A stretch of 64,000 bases of DNA from Podarcis erhardii. Lineage: Eukaryota. Made by a program: the position numbers and the translations under genes. Shown here piece after piece: positions 25,901-39,134 of the stretch (positions are counted from its first letter, which is position 1; every line of letters starts with the position of its first letter). The stretch lies in assembly GCA_964252035.1 (NCBI GenBank), contig CAXUOO010000189.1; one strand, given 5' to 3'. The notes beneath the pieces are model-generated. The model saw only the letters and a program-made list of their open reading frames with translations, made no database searches and was not told the DNA's origin.

Positions 25901-27061
25901 CTGCCCAGGCAGCAGCAGTAAGCGAAGAGGGACTGACGAAACAAGCAGCAGTGAAGGAGAAGAAGAAGATGAAAGGAGCATGCATCTCAATCACCACAGT
26001 GGGCAAAGCGCAGTGGGGGGAACAAGTGGAAGTAGTAGTCGGGATCGCGACAGTCTTTGCGAAGAAACTGCTAGCAGAAGAAGCAGCAGCAGTGGCAGTG
26101 TTTTCAGCAGCAACGGAACGAGTGGTGCAAGAAGTGGCTGCTTTGTGGAGGCCTCTAGTTTTAGTGGAAACAACCACTCAACTCGCAGCAGCAGTGGAGA
26201 CCAACTACGTGAGTATCCTAGCGCAGGAGTGGCTGGGGCCTCTGATCTGTTGGAGAAAACAGCGAAGAGCAAAAAAGAAGAATTGGCTGCTTCGGAAAAT
26301 GCTCGTTTTGCAGCAAAACATGAATTTTCACGAAGGAAACAACAGCGACTGCAAAATTTGCGTCAAGTCAGACGCCTGTTGCGGCGCCAGCAGCGCGTGG
26401 AACGCATCCAGCGTGAAATGCAGCAAATCAATTGCGCTCTTTATAGTGATTCTCGGATCAATCAGGTGACTCACAGGAAATGGGAAACTAACACAACAAC
26501 GTCGAATGACAAGATTTGAGCCTTCTTTTATCTGCGCTGGAAAAAATTCGCTGTTCAAAACAGACAAACAATGTTAAAAAATGGCTAGCTATACCCGTTC
26601 ATACAGATACATGCATATATGTAAGAGGAAAAAACTATCTCTCTGCGTGATTGTGTATTTGTAAGTATACGTACATATATGTGTATATCTGTCTTCAGCC
26701 TTCACACGCAGTAGGTACATACGAAGGCACAAGTGCAATCTCCACATCAAATGAATGTATGTTTTATGATCTTATACATATGAGTGCATATGCATGTTTA
26801 TGCTGATAGAAAGCAAATGGGTGGGCGCGCTTACAAGGATAGAACACTTGTAAAACCTGCTTTTATTTCCTGGAAAGCAAGAACTCGATGCATTCTGCCA
26901 ACTATGTGTTTCAGGTTATTCTGCCTGTAAGAGATGGACTTTCACTTGTCACATGGAAAGACGCCTACCAAACAGCACAGCGCATCGCAAGCAGTGCTGC
27001 TGCTGCTGCTGTTGCTCCTGAAAAGAATAATATTGTTGAAAAAGCTGCTGCAGCAGAGTGA
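22932..27061 (+). CDS. Class I SAM-dependent, cation-dependent O-methyltransferase module (Methyltransf_3: CCoAOMT/COMTD1/TrmR-like), 3 exons
   Basis: Exons 22932-23811, 25105-26465 and 26915-27061, all GT-AG and phase-consistent. Spliced motifs: QRILAMLSKLQRPQKILEIGCFTGLA|ALSLAEG (SAM motif I), FDLIFLDADKLQY, LLAPTGLLIIDNTLF, LYSDSRINQ|VILPVRDGLSLV. Stop TGA at 27059-27061. Confidence 0.9.
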
Positions 27062-27176
27062 AGAAAACAAAAGGCGATTTTTCAATGTTGATGCTTGCCC
27101 ATTGGCCCCTCTCTTTGCAAGTCTCCTCACGTATCCGAAGAAATGAAAAACATTGTTATGAGTCTACGATAGTGCA

Positions 27177-27219
<43 letters not shown>

Positions 27220-29219
27220 AATATATGAAATCATATGTAAGCAGCATTCATATGTAGATATATATATATATATATATTTTATATATATATATGTCCGGAC
27301 AATACAGACAATAAATTCGTGCTGTGTTCATTATTTTTCCTTGTGGGTGTCTTCGCTTGACATCTTCATATGTGGAACAGACGTAGAGAGAGGACCATTA
27401 TGAGATTTCTATTGTTTCGTTTACTCGTTAGGTTGCTGCTTGTGTGTACTGGTGTTGTTGTACTGATGCATGCGTGCATTTCGGATGCCGGATTTGTTGA
27501 TTTTGTGTTTCTAAGAAAGATCCCATCAAAGTTTTATTTTTGGAGAAAATATAACGTTTATTATAGCTGAAGGAGCTGACATCAGGAATCTCTGCATGAA
27601 GGCATAATGGATGCCGAATTTTTTTTTTTTTAAGAAATGACTGCAGTCCTGTAGGCTTGAACAAAAATATAAATACTTGTATGACAGCTGAAATCTCTGC
27701 TGCTCCACTGCCGTATGTTTACTTGCTATGCTCATGTGCAAGAAAGTCAGCGGAAACAGTAGTGCAGGTCCAGCCGGAGAAGCAACTGGAAAACATTAAA
27801 CTTGGCAGATTGTATTTCAGTGAAGCTTTCCTGACAATTCCTTGAGTCACCAACGTAATTTTTCTTACTTCATTTTTCCACGTATATTCCTTCCTTTCTT
27901 GTATTGTCCCCCTCCATGTTGTATATGAAAATGCATAGTATGTTTGTACTTATATACATTTATATGTCTATTCTTACATACTCGTAAACTGATGTGCAAA
28001 TCTGCATGCTCGTTGCCTCATACAGACTATGTACTTTACACTTTGATTTAGAATCTTTTTTTCAGCGGATTCTTTTTTTGTTGTTATCCTATGCTTCATT
28101 ACTCTTACTACACAAACCAGACTTGCTTTTGCCGGCTACTGCGTCACTTTTTTTTCTCTCTTCCAGACGCTGATGGAACTGAGCCACAAATGAGGGAAAG
28201 TTTACTTATCGCACGTATATATGCATACACAAATAAGATTTTTTGACACATACATGATACATAAACATAGCAAATTAAGTATACATTTGTACGCGCTTAT
28301 GTATGTATATATATATATATACATATCAGTAGATTTCGTCAATCGGCAGAATTGAATTTATTCGTGGTCTATGTGCACAATTTCATTCTCAAAGCATGCG
28401 AACCATCCACTCCCAACGAGCCTTTCACACAGTTCTTTTCACGTTTCCTTTCGTTCAGTCTATTTCAACTGGTTTTTTGTTTTCTGGCAGTGAAGCACAC
28501 GCTCAATGAAATTCATCTGCAACTGATTTTGACTCTTGCCGCTGTGCTCCAAAGTCGTTAACAACATTATCAAAAATTAGCTGTACCGCAATGCCCCATT
28601 TTTTGCATTTTCGGTTTTTTATACTCTGCTAACTAGTGTAATGTCAATCTTTGTACGTTTCCATACACATAAATTAGATTGAAATACATATATATATATA
28701 TATATTATATATTGTGAGTGACATTTCGTAGCGTACAGTGAATGTCAAAGCTGCTGATTTGCAGTGTAGTCACATGTGGCTGTCGATCTGATAGAATCAA
28801 TTTCACTTTTACTCCATAATGTACTACCTCTCAGTAGGGGAGATTTTCCGCTCGTTTTTTTCAATAATAGGAATGATAGCATAGACGTTTTTGCAAAAAA
28901 TTGTTACTTTAGTTTGTTCATTCATACGTGAACGCTGATATGATTGCTGCAGTTAAATGGAGCGCGCGCTTCGTTCCTCATAAAAGTATCTTATAGATAT
29001 ATGAGTGAAACACTTTTTTTATATGAAAGCTCGTTCGTACATATATATCCTTTGTAATGGTACATACATATCTATGTGCAGCTGTGTGCGTTTTTCATTA
29101 TTCCCCATAGAAGTCTTGAATTAGTCTTTTTATGCTATTCAGCGGTGCGGCTACTTTCGCTCTTTTCCAGCCTGAGTTGCATGCACAGCGACACTCACGC
29201 TATCTTTTCAAACAAATAC

Positions 29220-29251
<32 letters not shown>

Positions 29252-30873
29252 GAGTGTATATATTAAGTCTGTGTATATGCATAATTTAGTATATATTTGC
29301 TGAGTTCAATATGTATATGTTTTTTCTCAATATCACCGTCTGCAATGTTAATCTTCTGCAACCACGATAATGTTTCAACTGCTCTTTCTTTAAGCATAAA
29401 ACCTTGCTTCCTCTCTCTGCTGCTAGCTCTGGACTTTCAGTTTCATTTGCTGCTGGTGCCGCTTTGCATACAGTACTGGTTGAGTGTATCCGCAGTATGC
29501 GCTGTTGTGATTGCCTACTCTGTAACTGCCACTGCTGCTGCTGCACATTCTTATGGCTTCAACGTGTACGGAAAATTACAAGTAACATAGTCAAATACTT
29601 TTATACAGTGATATTGACATAAAAAAGTACATATATATATATATACATATGTGTGTGCGTGTAAAGAGGTGAGTCCGTTTATACATGATTCCGTCCAATA
29701 TCCTGAAGGGTTGACGCCGCTTTAGTTTCAGAATTGGTGTGCCCGGATTTGAGTAGAATATGAGATTGTAGTTCTTGGTTGATTCTGCTGCGAAGCAATG
29801 CTTTGCGAATGTCTGGGGTAACGGAGCTTGTTTATATACTTGCACTTTCAGACAGCAACAACTCAAGACAATAAATGACGCCTATACCGTATCATACGAC
29901 GACATATAGGGGTGTACAAGCACACATGCAAGCAGATACATTCCTCAAGCATACATCTACATGTATGTATATATATATATATATATATATTTGTGGACGA
30001 ATCATAACACTATCATATATGTAAAGTAGGGGAGAGAGGCTGGGAAGAAAAGGCCCTTAGAATAATAACGCTGTATCGAAACACCTGAATACAAATGGCG
30101 GTTAAGGAGTATACACTTTCATCTGCTTGTAAAGTCATCGGCCTCGCTCTGGTGGTGCTGCTGCTGCCGAGATAGTAATATTGCCAATCAATCGTTAGAA
30201 ATTGTTCAGTGACTGATCTGAAGTTGTTTCTCTTCGAATTTGTTCTTGCTTATGAACAAGCAGTGTTGCTGTTTGTCGTGGTTTTGCTAGACGAGCAAAT
30301 GCCTTAGCGGGTGAAAGCGACCTTCACATTCAAATGACTAATCGAATAAACGTGCGACATTTGAGCGTATATATCCATGTTCTGTGGGGACGTGTGAGAC
30401 TTTCCAGAGAGTCTTGTGTTATTTTTATAGTTTTTGAGAAAAACAGAAAAGTTTGGTTTTAAAAGAGTGGGAATGTTTTCGTAACCGAGTTTTTCTCGTT
30501 CTCTCTTTCTCTTTCGTCTCTCACAAGCGAGCTCCATTCGTAACGTATGTGTGGCGTTTCTTCCAGAGAAAGAACACCGTTCAACAGAGAAATCTCAACG
30601 TGTAACGTGCTTTTTCAGTTCGCTTGTAAACCAGTTGTATTAACGTGCTTTTTCAGTTCGTTTGATGTTTCGAGCAGTAGTTGTGCATGTTTCTCTACAC
30701 ACTATAATAGCTTCGCAAATCACAGCTGCGCAACCCACACTATATGCTGGTGTGTGTGTGCGCGGTTTTGTTGTTGGTGCCCAAGAAGTGTGCGCCAGCA
30801 GCTGCTAGAGAACGCTGAAAAAAGGAGAAACCTTAAGTGCTGCGCCTAGCTTCCACTGCACTTCATCACGTCT

Positions 30874-31058
30874 CTAGTCTGCCTGTAGCTGTTTCTGCAC
30901 AGACTGCACAGTTCGTCTGGGATAGCGCCTTGCTCGCAGCAAGTGCAAGTCTGCTTCCTTCAGTTCAGCCAGTGAAACCACTTCCTTCAACTGCTGCTTC
31001 GGCAAGATTTGATTTTTCTTCTTCTTCGAACAATGGGCTGACTTTGTCGAGACGGCGA

Positions 31059-31089
<31 letters not shown>

Positions 31090-32253
31090 CCCAGCAGCGA
31101 CTGCTCCGTTGTTTTGTGGGGTCGATGCTGCAAGTGGTGGTGAGTCGAGCTCAGCACTTTCCCCTCTTTTTCCTGCACCGCCGACACCGCCACTTTCTCC
31201 CCCTCCAACTCGTCGTCGTCTGTCGCTGCTGCTGCTGCTCTTGCCTGCTGTTGTTGTTGTGGTTTCTCGCTGCAAAAGTTGCTGAGCTGCTTTCACCACT
31301 ACTCCCACTGACTCAGACCCCACCACTAGTGTGGTGGCTGCAGCTGCAGCAGTTTGTTTCGCGGCCTTTTCTTTGGCAGCCGAACTTCGAGCAGCCTCTG
31401 TTGCATGTGCAGTGGGTGGTGGCCCTTTTTTCGCTGCTTTTTTTGCACTGGCTGCTGCTGCTGCCTCTGCTGGTCTTTTTTGCAGACGCAGCCACTGCTG
31501 GGCTTCAAGTCTACAAGGTGCGCTCGGAGAAAAGCGGCTTTCTTCTTCTTCTTCTTGTTTTTGAAGTGGAGAACTCGAGGCCGCAGTGGACGGAGTCTCG
31601 TGGTTGCTGCGTCGTTGCTGTTCACGGTCGGCGCCGCCGACTCGTCTTTTCTCTGCGCCAGGGGCAAGCGAGGGGCGGTCGCAGAAAAAAACTGGGCTCT
31701 TTCTGCTCGGCTCTTCTAACAAGTCGGCGTCTTTTTTCAGTTTCCTGGCTTTTTTGCGAGGCCAAGCTGCGGCAGCTGCTGTTCTGCTCTGCTTCTTCGT
31801 CTGCATCATAACACCTCCTTCTTCTTCTTCTTTTTCTTCTTTTTCTTTCTCTTTTTTTTCTGCGTGGATCGATGGATTCAACTGCGAGTTCTTCACTTTG
31901 CACTGAACTTCACTTTTTCCCACTCTTTCCTTGCTGCTGCCAAAGCCTCTCTCTTCTGCAGCAGTGCAGCAACTGCTGAATTCACTCGTTTTTGAACTCG
32001 TAGCGACTCTGCTTGGAGTGCCCTCCTCTTCACACCCACTGCCACCACCACCACCACTACTACAACTGCTACTACTACTAAAACTACTAGTAGTAGTTCT
32101 GCTTTCGCTGCTTCTTCTTCTCGACTCACTGCTGCTGAAATGTCTACGCCTCAAACTGCTACTGTTCAGTCTCAGCAAGGGTCGATTTTCACTTGCGACC
32201 GCTTTTGGCTGCGACAGTTGCACACACAAACAAGCGCTCGCAGCTACGACCAC
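30874..32253 (-). CDS. Hypothetical low-complexity, K/E/S/A-rich ORF (459 aa); separate gene or further 3' exon of the GEX1-like gene
   Basis: Long open frame with the same composition as coding regions elsewhere in the window; no family motif recognised; splice boundaries unresolved. Confidence 0.4.
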
Positions 32254-32273
32254 AACTGCTCAGTTTTATTCCG

Positions 32274-32560
32274 TAAGTCCGGTTTCATGCCCTTTTCTAC
32301 TACATATGTATGCAGATAAGTCGGGTTTCAGTGCCCTTTTCTACTACATATGTATACAAATAAGTCGGGTTTCATGCCCTTTTCTTCTACATATGTATGC
32401 AGATAAGTCGGGTGGTTTCAGTGCCCTTTTCTACTACATATGTATGCAGATAAGTCGGGTTTCAGTGCCCTTTTCTACTACATATGTATACAGATAAGTC
32501 GGGTTTCATGCCCTTTTCTACTACATATGTATGCAGATAAGTCGGGTTTCAGTGCCCTTT
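32274..32560. repeat. Tandem repeat, about 44-bp unit x7
   Basis: ataagtcgggtttca(g)tgcccttttctactacatatgtatgcag repeated. Confidence 0.95.
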
Positions 32561-33383
32561 TTTACTCTATATAAACATGTGTAAAAGTTGCCTGTTTGTG
32601 TGTGTACATTCATCCTGCAATAGTCTGGACGTATCTCTTTGCGCTGTACAAGGTTTTGTGCGAGCGTGGATGGATGGACTTTGCTCGTGCTTGCTCATTG
32701 CTGCTACAATTTTTCACATATATATATATGCAGACACTTATTGCACAATATGCGCGCTCTTTTGCTTGAAGAGCGCGAGTGAGTGACTTCGAATTCGTTT
32801 CTTTTTGTTCAACTTGTAATAGTTCAATTTGCACGAAGAACTCCTTTCCACTACTGGAAGGAGGAGGAAACTGATGCATGTTTGTTTCCAGACGAGGTCG
32901 TGAGTCACTGTGTGATTTTCTCTATATGCCAGATCTGTAAAACGGGATTTGTATGTGTCCAACATACGTGTTCTAACTGTCCGTCTGTGTGTGTTTCAAA
33001 GTCAACACACCTACATACCTATGTGTAGATGTATGTGTGTAGGTTTTGTGTTTGTCTTGTATAGCTTTATCTGTGTACGTGATACCCATATCAAAAGGAC
33101 GCACACAAACCATATACATACACATATAACTGACAAGTGGGATGCATCTATCAATATATGTATATGTAAAATTGGATGCCGCTTTGGCACCAGTTGAAGT
33201 GCATGTGAACATTTAAAGACTTGCTGCGGTGGGTGTGGTAATTTCACACTGGAGAAACATGATGCGGCTGTTTCGTTGCGTGCTTTGCTGCTGCAGAAAG
33301 AGTTTGCACTGTTGTGTGTACATGGAATGGAAATAGTGAAATTCCGACTCGAACAGTCCGCAGCACGCATCCACTTTGTGCAT

Positions 33384-36300
33384 TCATGCATGTATGAAGT
33401 ATGGATATGATGATCTCACTTGGTGCTGTTGCAGCTGCGTGGTGTGTTTTGAGTCGTTTTCTGACTTTTCTGGTGCTGCTGCTCGTCCAACGAAAGAGGA
33501 AAGGATGCGTTTGAAGAAAATTTGAGGACTTTCAGTGTCGATGATGCCTCTGAAAGAGCGAGGCCTTGCTGCTCTTTGAGGATTTCTCCGAACCACTAGC
33601 GGCGGCGGTTCTTCACTTCTTTCTTCCTGCTGCTGCGCCCGCTGCACTTCCACACCACCACCAACGAGTAGTTGTTGTTTTTGTGGATTTCTTTGTTTCA
33701 AGCTCAAATGTGGCTGCTCCTTTGCACTGGGGGGCAGCTGCTGCTCTTGACTTCGCTGTTCTCGCTGCTCGAGCTGACTACTACACAACTGAGGAGCGTG
33801 CTGGCTTCTTTTTGCAGTGTGAAGTGGTGGCTGGTGTAGCGCAGCTTCTTTTGGTTGCGGTTGCAGTGCATGCGCCTGCGCCTGCTCCTCAGCACCACCC
33901 TCCACTTGGTGGACTTCGTCTCGATTTTTCGGATTTTTCTGTCTTTTCTTCTGCAGTGCTTCTGCCTGCTCAGAGAGCGCCTGCTGGGCCTGCAAGAAGT
34001 GCTGCTGCGCAAAGTCTTGTCGGTGCGCTGGGCGACGAACCACGTGTTTCGAGGGAGAGTCGGTGGTTGCCAGCAGTGTACGTACACCGCAGTCGTCGTT
34101 CAGGAGACGCGAACTCGGAGCTCGCCCTGCTTGTCCTTCTTGTTGTTGTTTTTGCTGGTCGTGCGTCGTCGCTGGGCTTTTCGACGAGGATGAGGCAGTC
34201 CTCAAAAGCCCCCTTTTGGTTTGCTCTCTGCTTTCTGCTGCTTTTTCGCTTTGTTTTGCACTGCTTCCTTCGTCGCCGACTGGAGTTGTTTCTTCAGCCA
34301 GACAAAGCGGGTCTCCCTCAACACCACCTAGCTCAGTAAGTGGTGGTTTGTTCTGGCTGAGTCGATGCTGAGCTGCACTAATTGCCGCAATCTGAGCGGT
34401 GGCAGCTGTCGCTGCTGCTGCAGCAATCTGCGCTGCTGCTGCTGCTACTCTGCTGTGTCTGCTCGAGCCTTCTAGTGCAGCAGCAGCAGCAGAAGCAGCA
34501 GCTTCAAGTGTGTCTGCTGTTGCTCTGTTCTTCAGCAGAGAAGAGCTTTCGAGAAAAGCAGCAGTCGCTGCTGAGCCCTTTTTCGGGATATAGGAGGGAT
34601 CCGCTGCTTCGCCTTCGTCGCGGTCGAAGTCTCTCGACCTCTTTATTGCTTCTTGCACAGACAGGCCTGCTGCGAAAACTGCACTCGAAAAACTGTGGGG
34701 ACTGTTTGAGCAGCTTCTGTAGCTGCTGCTTCTGCATCTGTTGCAGCTGCTGTTGAAGCTCGAGTAGTGCTTGTGGGGAGCGCAGTAGTAGTTCTTTCTG
34801 CTGCTGGAGTTGCCTAGGTTGCTGTTGCCCAACAAGGAAAAGGAGGAAAGTGGTGGACAGCGATACTTCGAGGAAACAAGCAGACGCAGTGGGCCGACGA
34901 TGCTCCCACGCTTCGGCAAGTCTTGGCTGCAACTCTGGAAACTGCTGTTGTTCAGACTGTGCAAACTGCTGCTCACTGTCTTGCAGGCACTGTCTGCTGC
35001 TTCGTTTCCTGCAACTCTCTCCTCTACGCTTTCCGTGGCTGCTGCGACTGCTCCTTCTTTCCCTGGCTGTGTAGGCGAAGCTGCTGCAGCCGCTGTTGAG
35101 AAAGAAGGAGGAGGGAAATTCGCCCCCTTTGAAGCTGCTGCAAAAAAAGCTGCTGCTGCTGTTGGGCGTGCGTGAAGCGCTGCGGCTGTGAGTGGTGTTG
35201 CAGCAGCAGAATTGGAGTCGCAGAAAAAGGGACTTTTGCTTTGCGCCGAGCCCCAGTTCCCGACAGGGTCCACTCGGTCTTCAAACAGCTTGCTGGAAGT
35301 GTCTGCTGCTGCAACCACAGAAAGTCTCCCACTACTACTGCTATTACTACTACTACTGCTACTACTGCTGCAGGCGTAGGCTGTTTCCCAAGTCAGGTTA
35401 CTGAAACTGCTGAAGTGGTGGAGCCTCTTTTTCTGTACTTTGTGCGTCGTCTCGTCGTTGTTCTGGCGGAGAGCGAGGAGGACGTCGTCGCTGACTTGTG
35501 GCTTTCTTCCGTTGCTGGCGTTGCTCGCTCTTTCTGCTTCTTCTTTTTCTCCTGCTGCTGCTGCTGTTGTGTCGAGCCGCCCCCTACTGCTGCTGCTGCG
35601 AAACCCACTGAAAGCGTGGCTTTCGCTGCTGAAGAGGAGACTCTCTTCTGCTGCCCCCCAGCAGTTCTTCGTTTTCTGCTCTTCACGCTGCTGCAGCTCC
35701 TGCCTGCTGCAGCAACAAGTGCTACTGCTGCTACTGCTGCGCTCGTCGTCTTTGTTGCTCTTATTGCTGCTGCTGCTGCTTCTGTTGGGCAGCAGCCAGC
35801 TGCAGCGCACTGTCGCTGCATGCGAAGAAGTTCGCGTCGAACTGTCCTCCTTGCTGCTGCAGAACTCCGAACCGCTGTGGTTTCCTCGCGCATGCTCGCG
35901 CTTCTTCTCCCTGCAAAGAAGGCTGCCGCCCTCTCCCTCCTGTTCTTTCTTCTTCGCAGAAAAACAGCAGCGAGTCGACCAGGAGGAAGCGACGGAAGTC
36001 TCCCTGTTCGCAAGCAGAGAAAAAAGAGACTTTCTCGCTGCAGCAGTTGCAAGAGGACTCGCTCCGTCTGCCTCCTTCTTCTCCTCGTGGTAAGTGTGGC
36101 TGTTCGCTTTCGCAGCTGCTGCTGCTTCTTCAGTTGCGCTGTTCCAACTGCGCTGCAGAAGCACAGCCTGCTGCGCTTCGGCTTCGCCCACGAATTCTCC
36201 CTTCTTCACTTTCTCGAGCACTCGCTCGCAAAACTGCATGAGGCGTTCGTGGGCGCGCTCTTGCCTGTAAATCCTCGCCTGCAACTCAAGCACCTCTCGC

Positions 36301-39134
36301 TGCAGTCTCTGAGCCTTCGCAGTCCCCACCACCTCCACCACCACTGCTGGTGGTGCTAGTGGTTCTAGTAGTGGTGGTGCTAGTGGTGCTGAGGGTGGTG
36401 CTGTTGCTGAGTGGGTTTCTTGCTTGGTTGGGCAGCTAGCCACAGCAGCTGCTTCTGCTGCAGCTTTTTGTGCTCGCTGCAGCAGGGCTGCGCGAACTGC
36501 GAGCATTTCTTGGTGGAGCGCATGCATTTCCTCGCGCAGCAGTTCCTCCGCTGTCTTCTGCAGAAGCACTCGCTGCACCCACACGCCAGCAGCTGCTGCT
36601 GCGTAGAGCGTCCGAAGCAGCAGCACGAAAACTTCCCCCACTCTCTCCACGTCCCACCAGGGCGGCGCCCCAGCGCTCTCAGACTCAGTCTTCTCCCGCT
36701 GTTGTCGCTGTCTCTGTGGCTGCCTCGACTCTGCTTCTGCTGCTGCTGCTTCTTCTGCTGTCGTCTTCGTCTGTGCTTGTTGCATGCGCTCGCGAACTCC
36801 ACTTTCTCTGCGATGTGCACCCGAACGCGCAGCGAGCGAGACTTCAAACAGGCCTCGTTTCTGCTCTGGCTGGTGCCGACCCAAAAGCAGCGCCAACTTG
36901 AGTTGCCCTGCTCGCAGCAGAGGCAGGCCTTTTTGCCGGGCCGAAAGCTCCACAGCTGCTGCAGCAATCAGCAGCAGCAAGAGCGGTATGCGGGCTTCTC
37001 TCGCTCGTCGTGGAGAACTAGTTACGAACAGAGAAAGCAGCAGTGCGAGGCCGTAGAAAAACACACTCTGTGCGCACCCAACACTGTCTCGAATGTAGAG
37101 GTGGAAGGCTCGAATTTGTTGCAGAGACGCAAACACTTCGCTCACGCTCTCTTGGACATGTTGCAGCACTTGCTGCACTTGCCAGCCCCCTTCCAGTTGC
37201 TGCTGCTGCATCTGCTGCAGGCGAGCTGCGTGTTGCTGCAGACGCGCGGCTATTGCTCCAGAAGCCACTGCTAGGCGATTCACTGTTGCTTCACTGCGGC
37301 GTTGCCACTCTGCACTGTGCAGGAAAAAACAGATGTTGTCTGGAGAAAAAGAAAAAACCAACACAAAAACCAACGCACAAAGGCCGAACCATTCGTCAGC
37401 CTGTAGTCGAACAACTATCCAGTGCACTCACGCGAGTGCGAGACACTCGTGTCTCTTTGTGTGCAACAACGCTAACACACGAACACTGTGACGAAAACGT
37501 CTTTCCAGCCGACGGAAATTACGCACTGCCAGTTCTGCTACTCTAGTAGTCTGTACAGAGAGGAGGCTCTCGTGGGGACTCGAAATACTTAAAAATATAT
37601 GTGCGAGAGAGACCAATTCATATTTGAATATATATATATTTATATTGATGTATGTTTAGGGAGTTCCAGACACAACCGCTTTCTTATTGCCGAAAAAATA
37701 TATATACATTTGTATGGATGAGAATCAGTGCAACAACCTTTCTATACGTCTCAGCGACTACACATGTAAAATATATATGTATCGAACTGTACGTACACAA
37801 CGGCAATTGCTTTCTGATACAAGCCACGGTTGTGTGCTAGGAGAAATAACCTTACCTATATGATTAATTTGCTCCCGCACTAAAGCAAACGTGCCAAACT
37901 CCATAGAATTTGCGTGTTGGCAACCATTTACTATTTTTTGTCTGAGACTCTCGCACGCAGCAGAAAGTCTCTGCAACAACTGCTGTTTCCCTCTTGTAAC
38001 TTTCCCAGGCGTCCCTGCCTCTCCGCTGCTATTTGAAAGCGTATGCTGCGTGGGAAGAATATCTTGTTGGTGCTGCTTGCCTTCTTCGCTTGCCAACTGA
38101 GACAAATGCTGCCGCAGATGTTGCCGCCCTTGCTGCTGCTGCTGCTGCCAGTTTCTCTCTCCATCTATCTTCTGCACTCTTTCTTGCGATTTTCCGGAAG
38201 AATCGACGGACGGGCTTTCACTATAATCAATCAGTTGCCGCTGTTCTTCTTCTCGTTGCTGCTGCAGCTGCTGCTCGAGCAGTACGCACGGATGAGCTAC
38301 TAGAATTCCACCTTTCACATTAGTTGCATGTTTGATTTTTCCTGGTGCCGCTGCATTCGCTGCTAAGGGAACTGGTGGCGTAGCTGCTCCGGAGACTGGT
38401 GTTTCCAGCTGCTGAAACAAATTTTCAGCGACGACCAGTTCTCCACCACTATTTTCATCATTGTCGTTGCCCACGGTGGAAGTGTGTATTTGGCTTTCCT
38501 GCAGCCAAGCAACAGGTAGTACATCATCTGCTTGAAGAAAGCAGCCTTGCGCTGCAGTTGGAAATGCGCGCTGTGTGCGCTTGAATATGCACTTTGTACG
38601 TAGTAGTGCAATGTATTCGCGAGAAGCCTCTCCTATGCTGCTGCAGGCTTGTTCGCTAGGCAACTGCTGAAGCAACTGCAAATGCTGCAGCACTTGAGCC
38701 CAACAAGTGCTATCACTTGCTGCTTTATTGGATTCTGCTGCTTCTCTTTCTAGTTGCTGCAATGCGACTCTCCCTTTCTCCGCTCGCGCTGCTACTTCCT
38801 CTGCTGCTGGGCTACTCGTGCCGCTGCGTGCGAAAGACGGAATGCGAGAGCTTTCGATAGCAGCGGCGCCTGTTCTATCTGCGGCTGCTAAAACGCAAAC
38901 TACAAGCAGCAGCAGCAGCAGTAGGCGGGACAAGTATGCGGAAGCAAGAGTAACTGATGGATTTGAGTAGTTGTTATCATTAGCTGGAGGGAAGAGCGAC
39001 AAGCGACCAGAGAAAGTACACACAGAAAAACCGAGGCAAATTGTACAAGCAGCGGAGCTATCTTCTGCAGCTGTTGTTGGTTTCGCTTTTGCCGCACGTG
39101 GCATTGTCGGTTTTATATTAGTTATCTGCGGCAT
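33384..39134 (-). CDS. GEX1: GEX1/KAR5/Brambleberry-family nuclear envelope fusion protein with a long low-complexity C-terminal tail
   Basis: Exon 39134-37856 (donor GTAAGG at 37855) joins in phase 1 to the exon starting at 37339. Recessed hydrophobic segment LLLLLLLVVCVLAA, then Cys-rich domain motifs CWAQVLQHL...ACSSI...YIALLRTKCIFKRTQRAFP...GC and EQINHI|DNICFFLHSAEWQRRSEATVNRL, a coiled coil, and hydrophobic helices FFYGLALLLSLFVTSS / ARIPLLLLLIAAAAVE / LLLRTLYAAAAAGVW. The 3' end is either the stop at 33384 or a possible donor GTGAGA at 33419. Confidence 0.8.

Noticed and set aside
33566-37546. Long plus-strand ORFs (e.g. 35172-36359, 36411-37274) opposite GEX1
   Set aside because: Shadow ORFs caused by stop-poor CAG/CTG repeats; the motif-bearing frame is on the minus strand.
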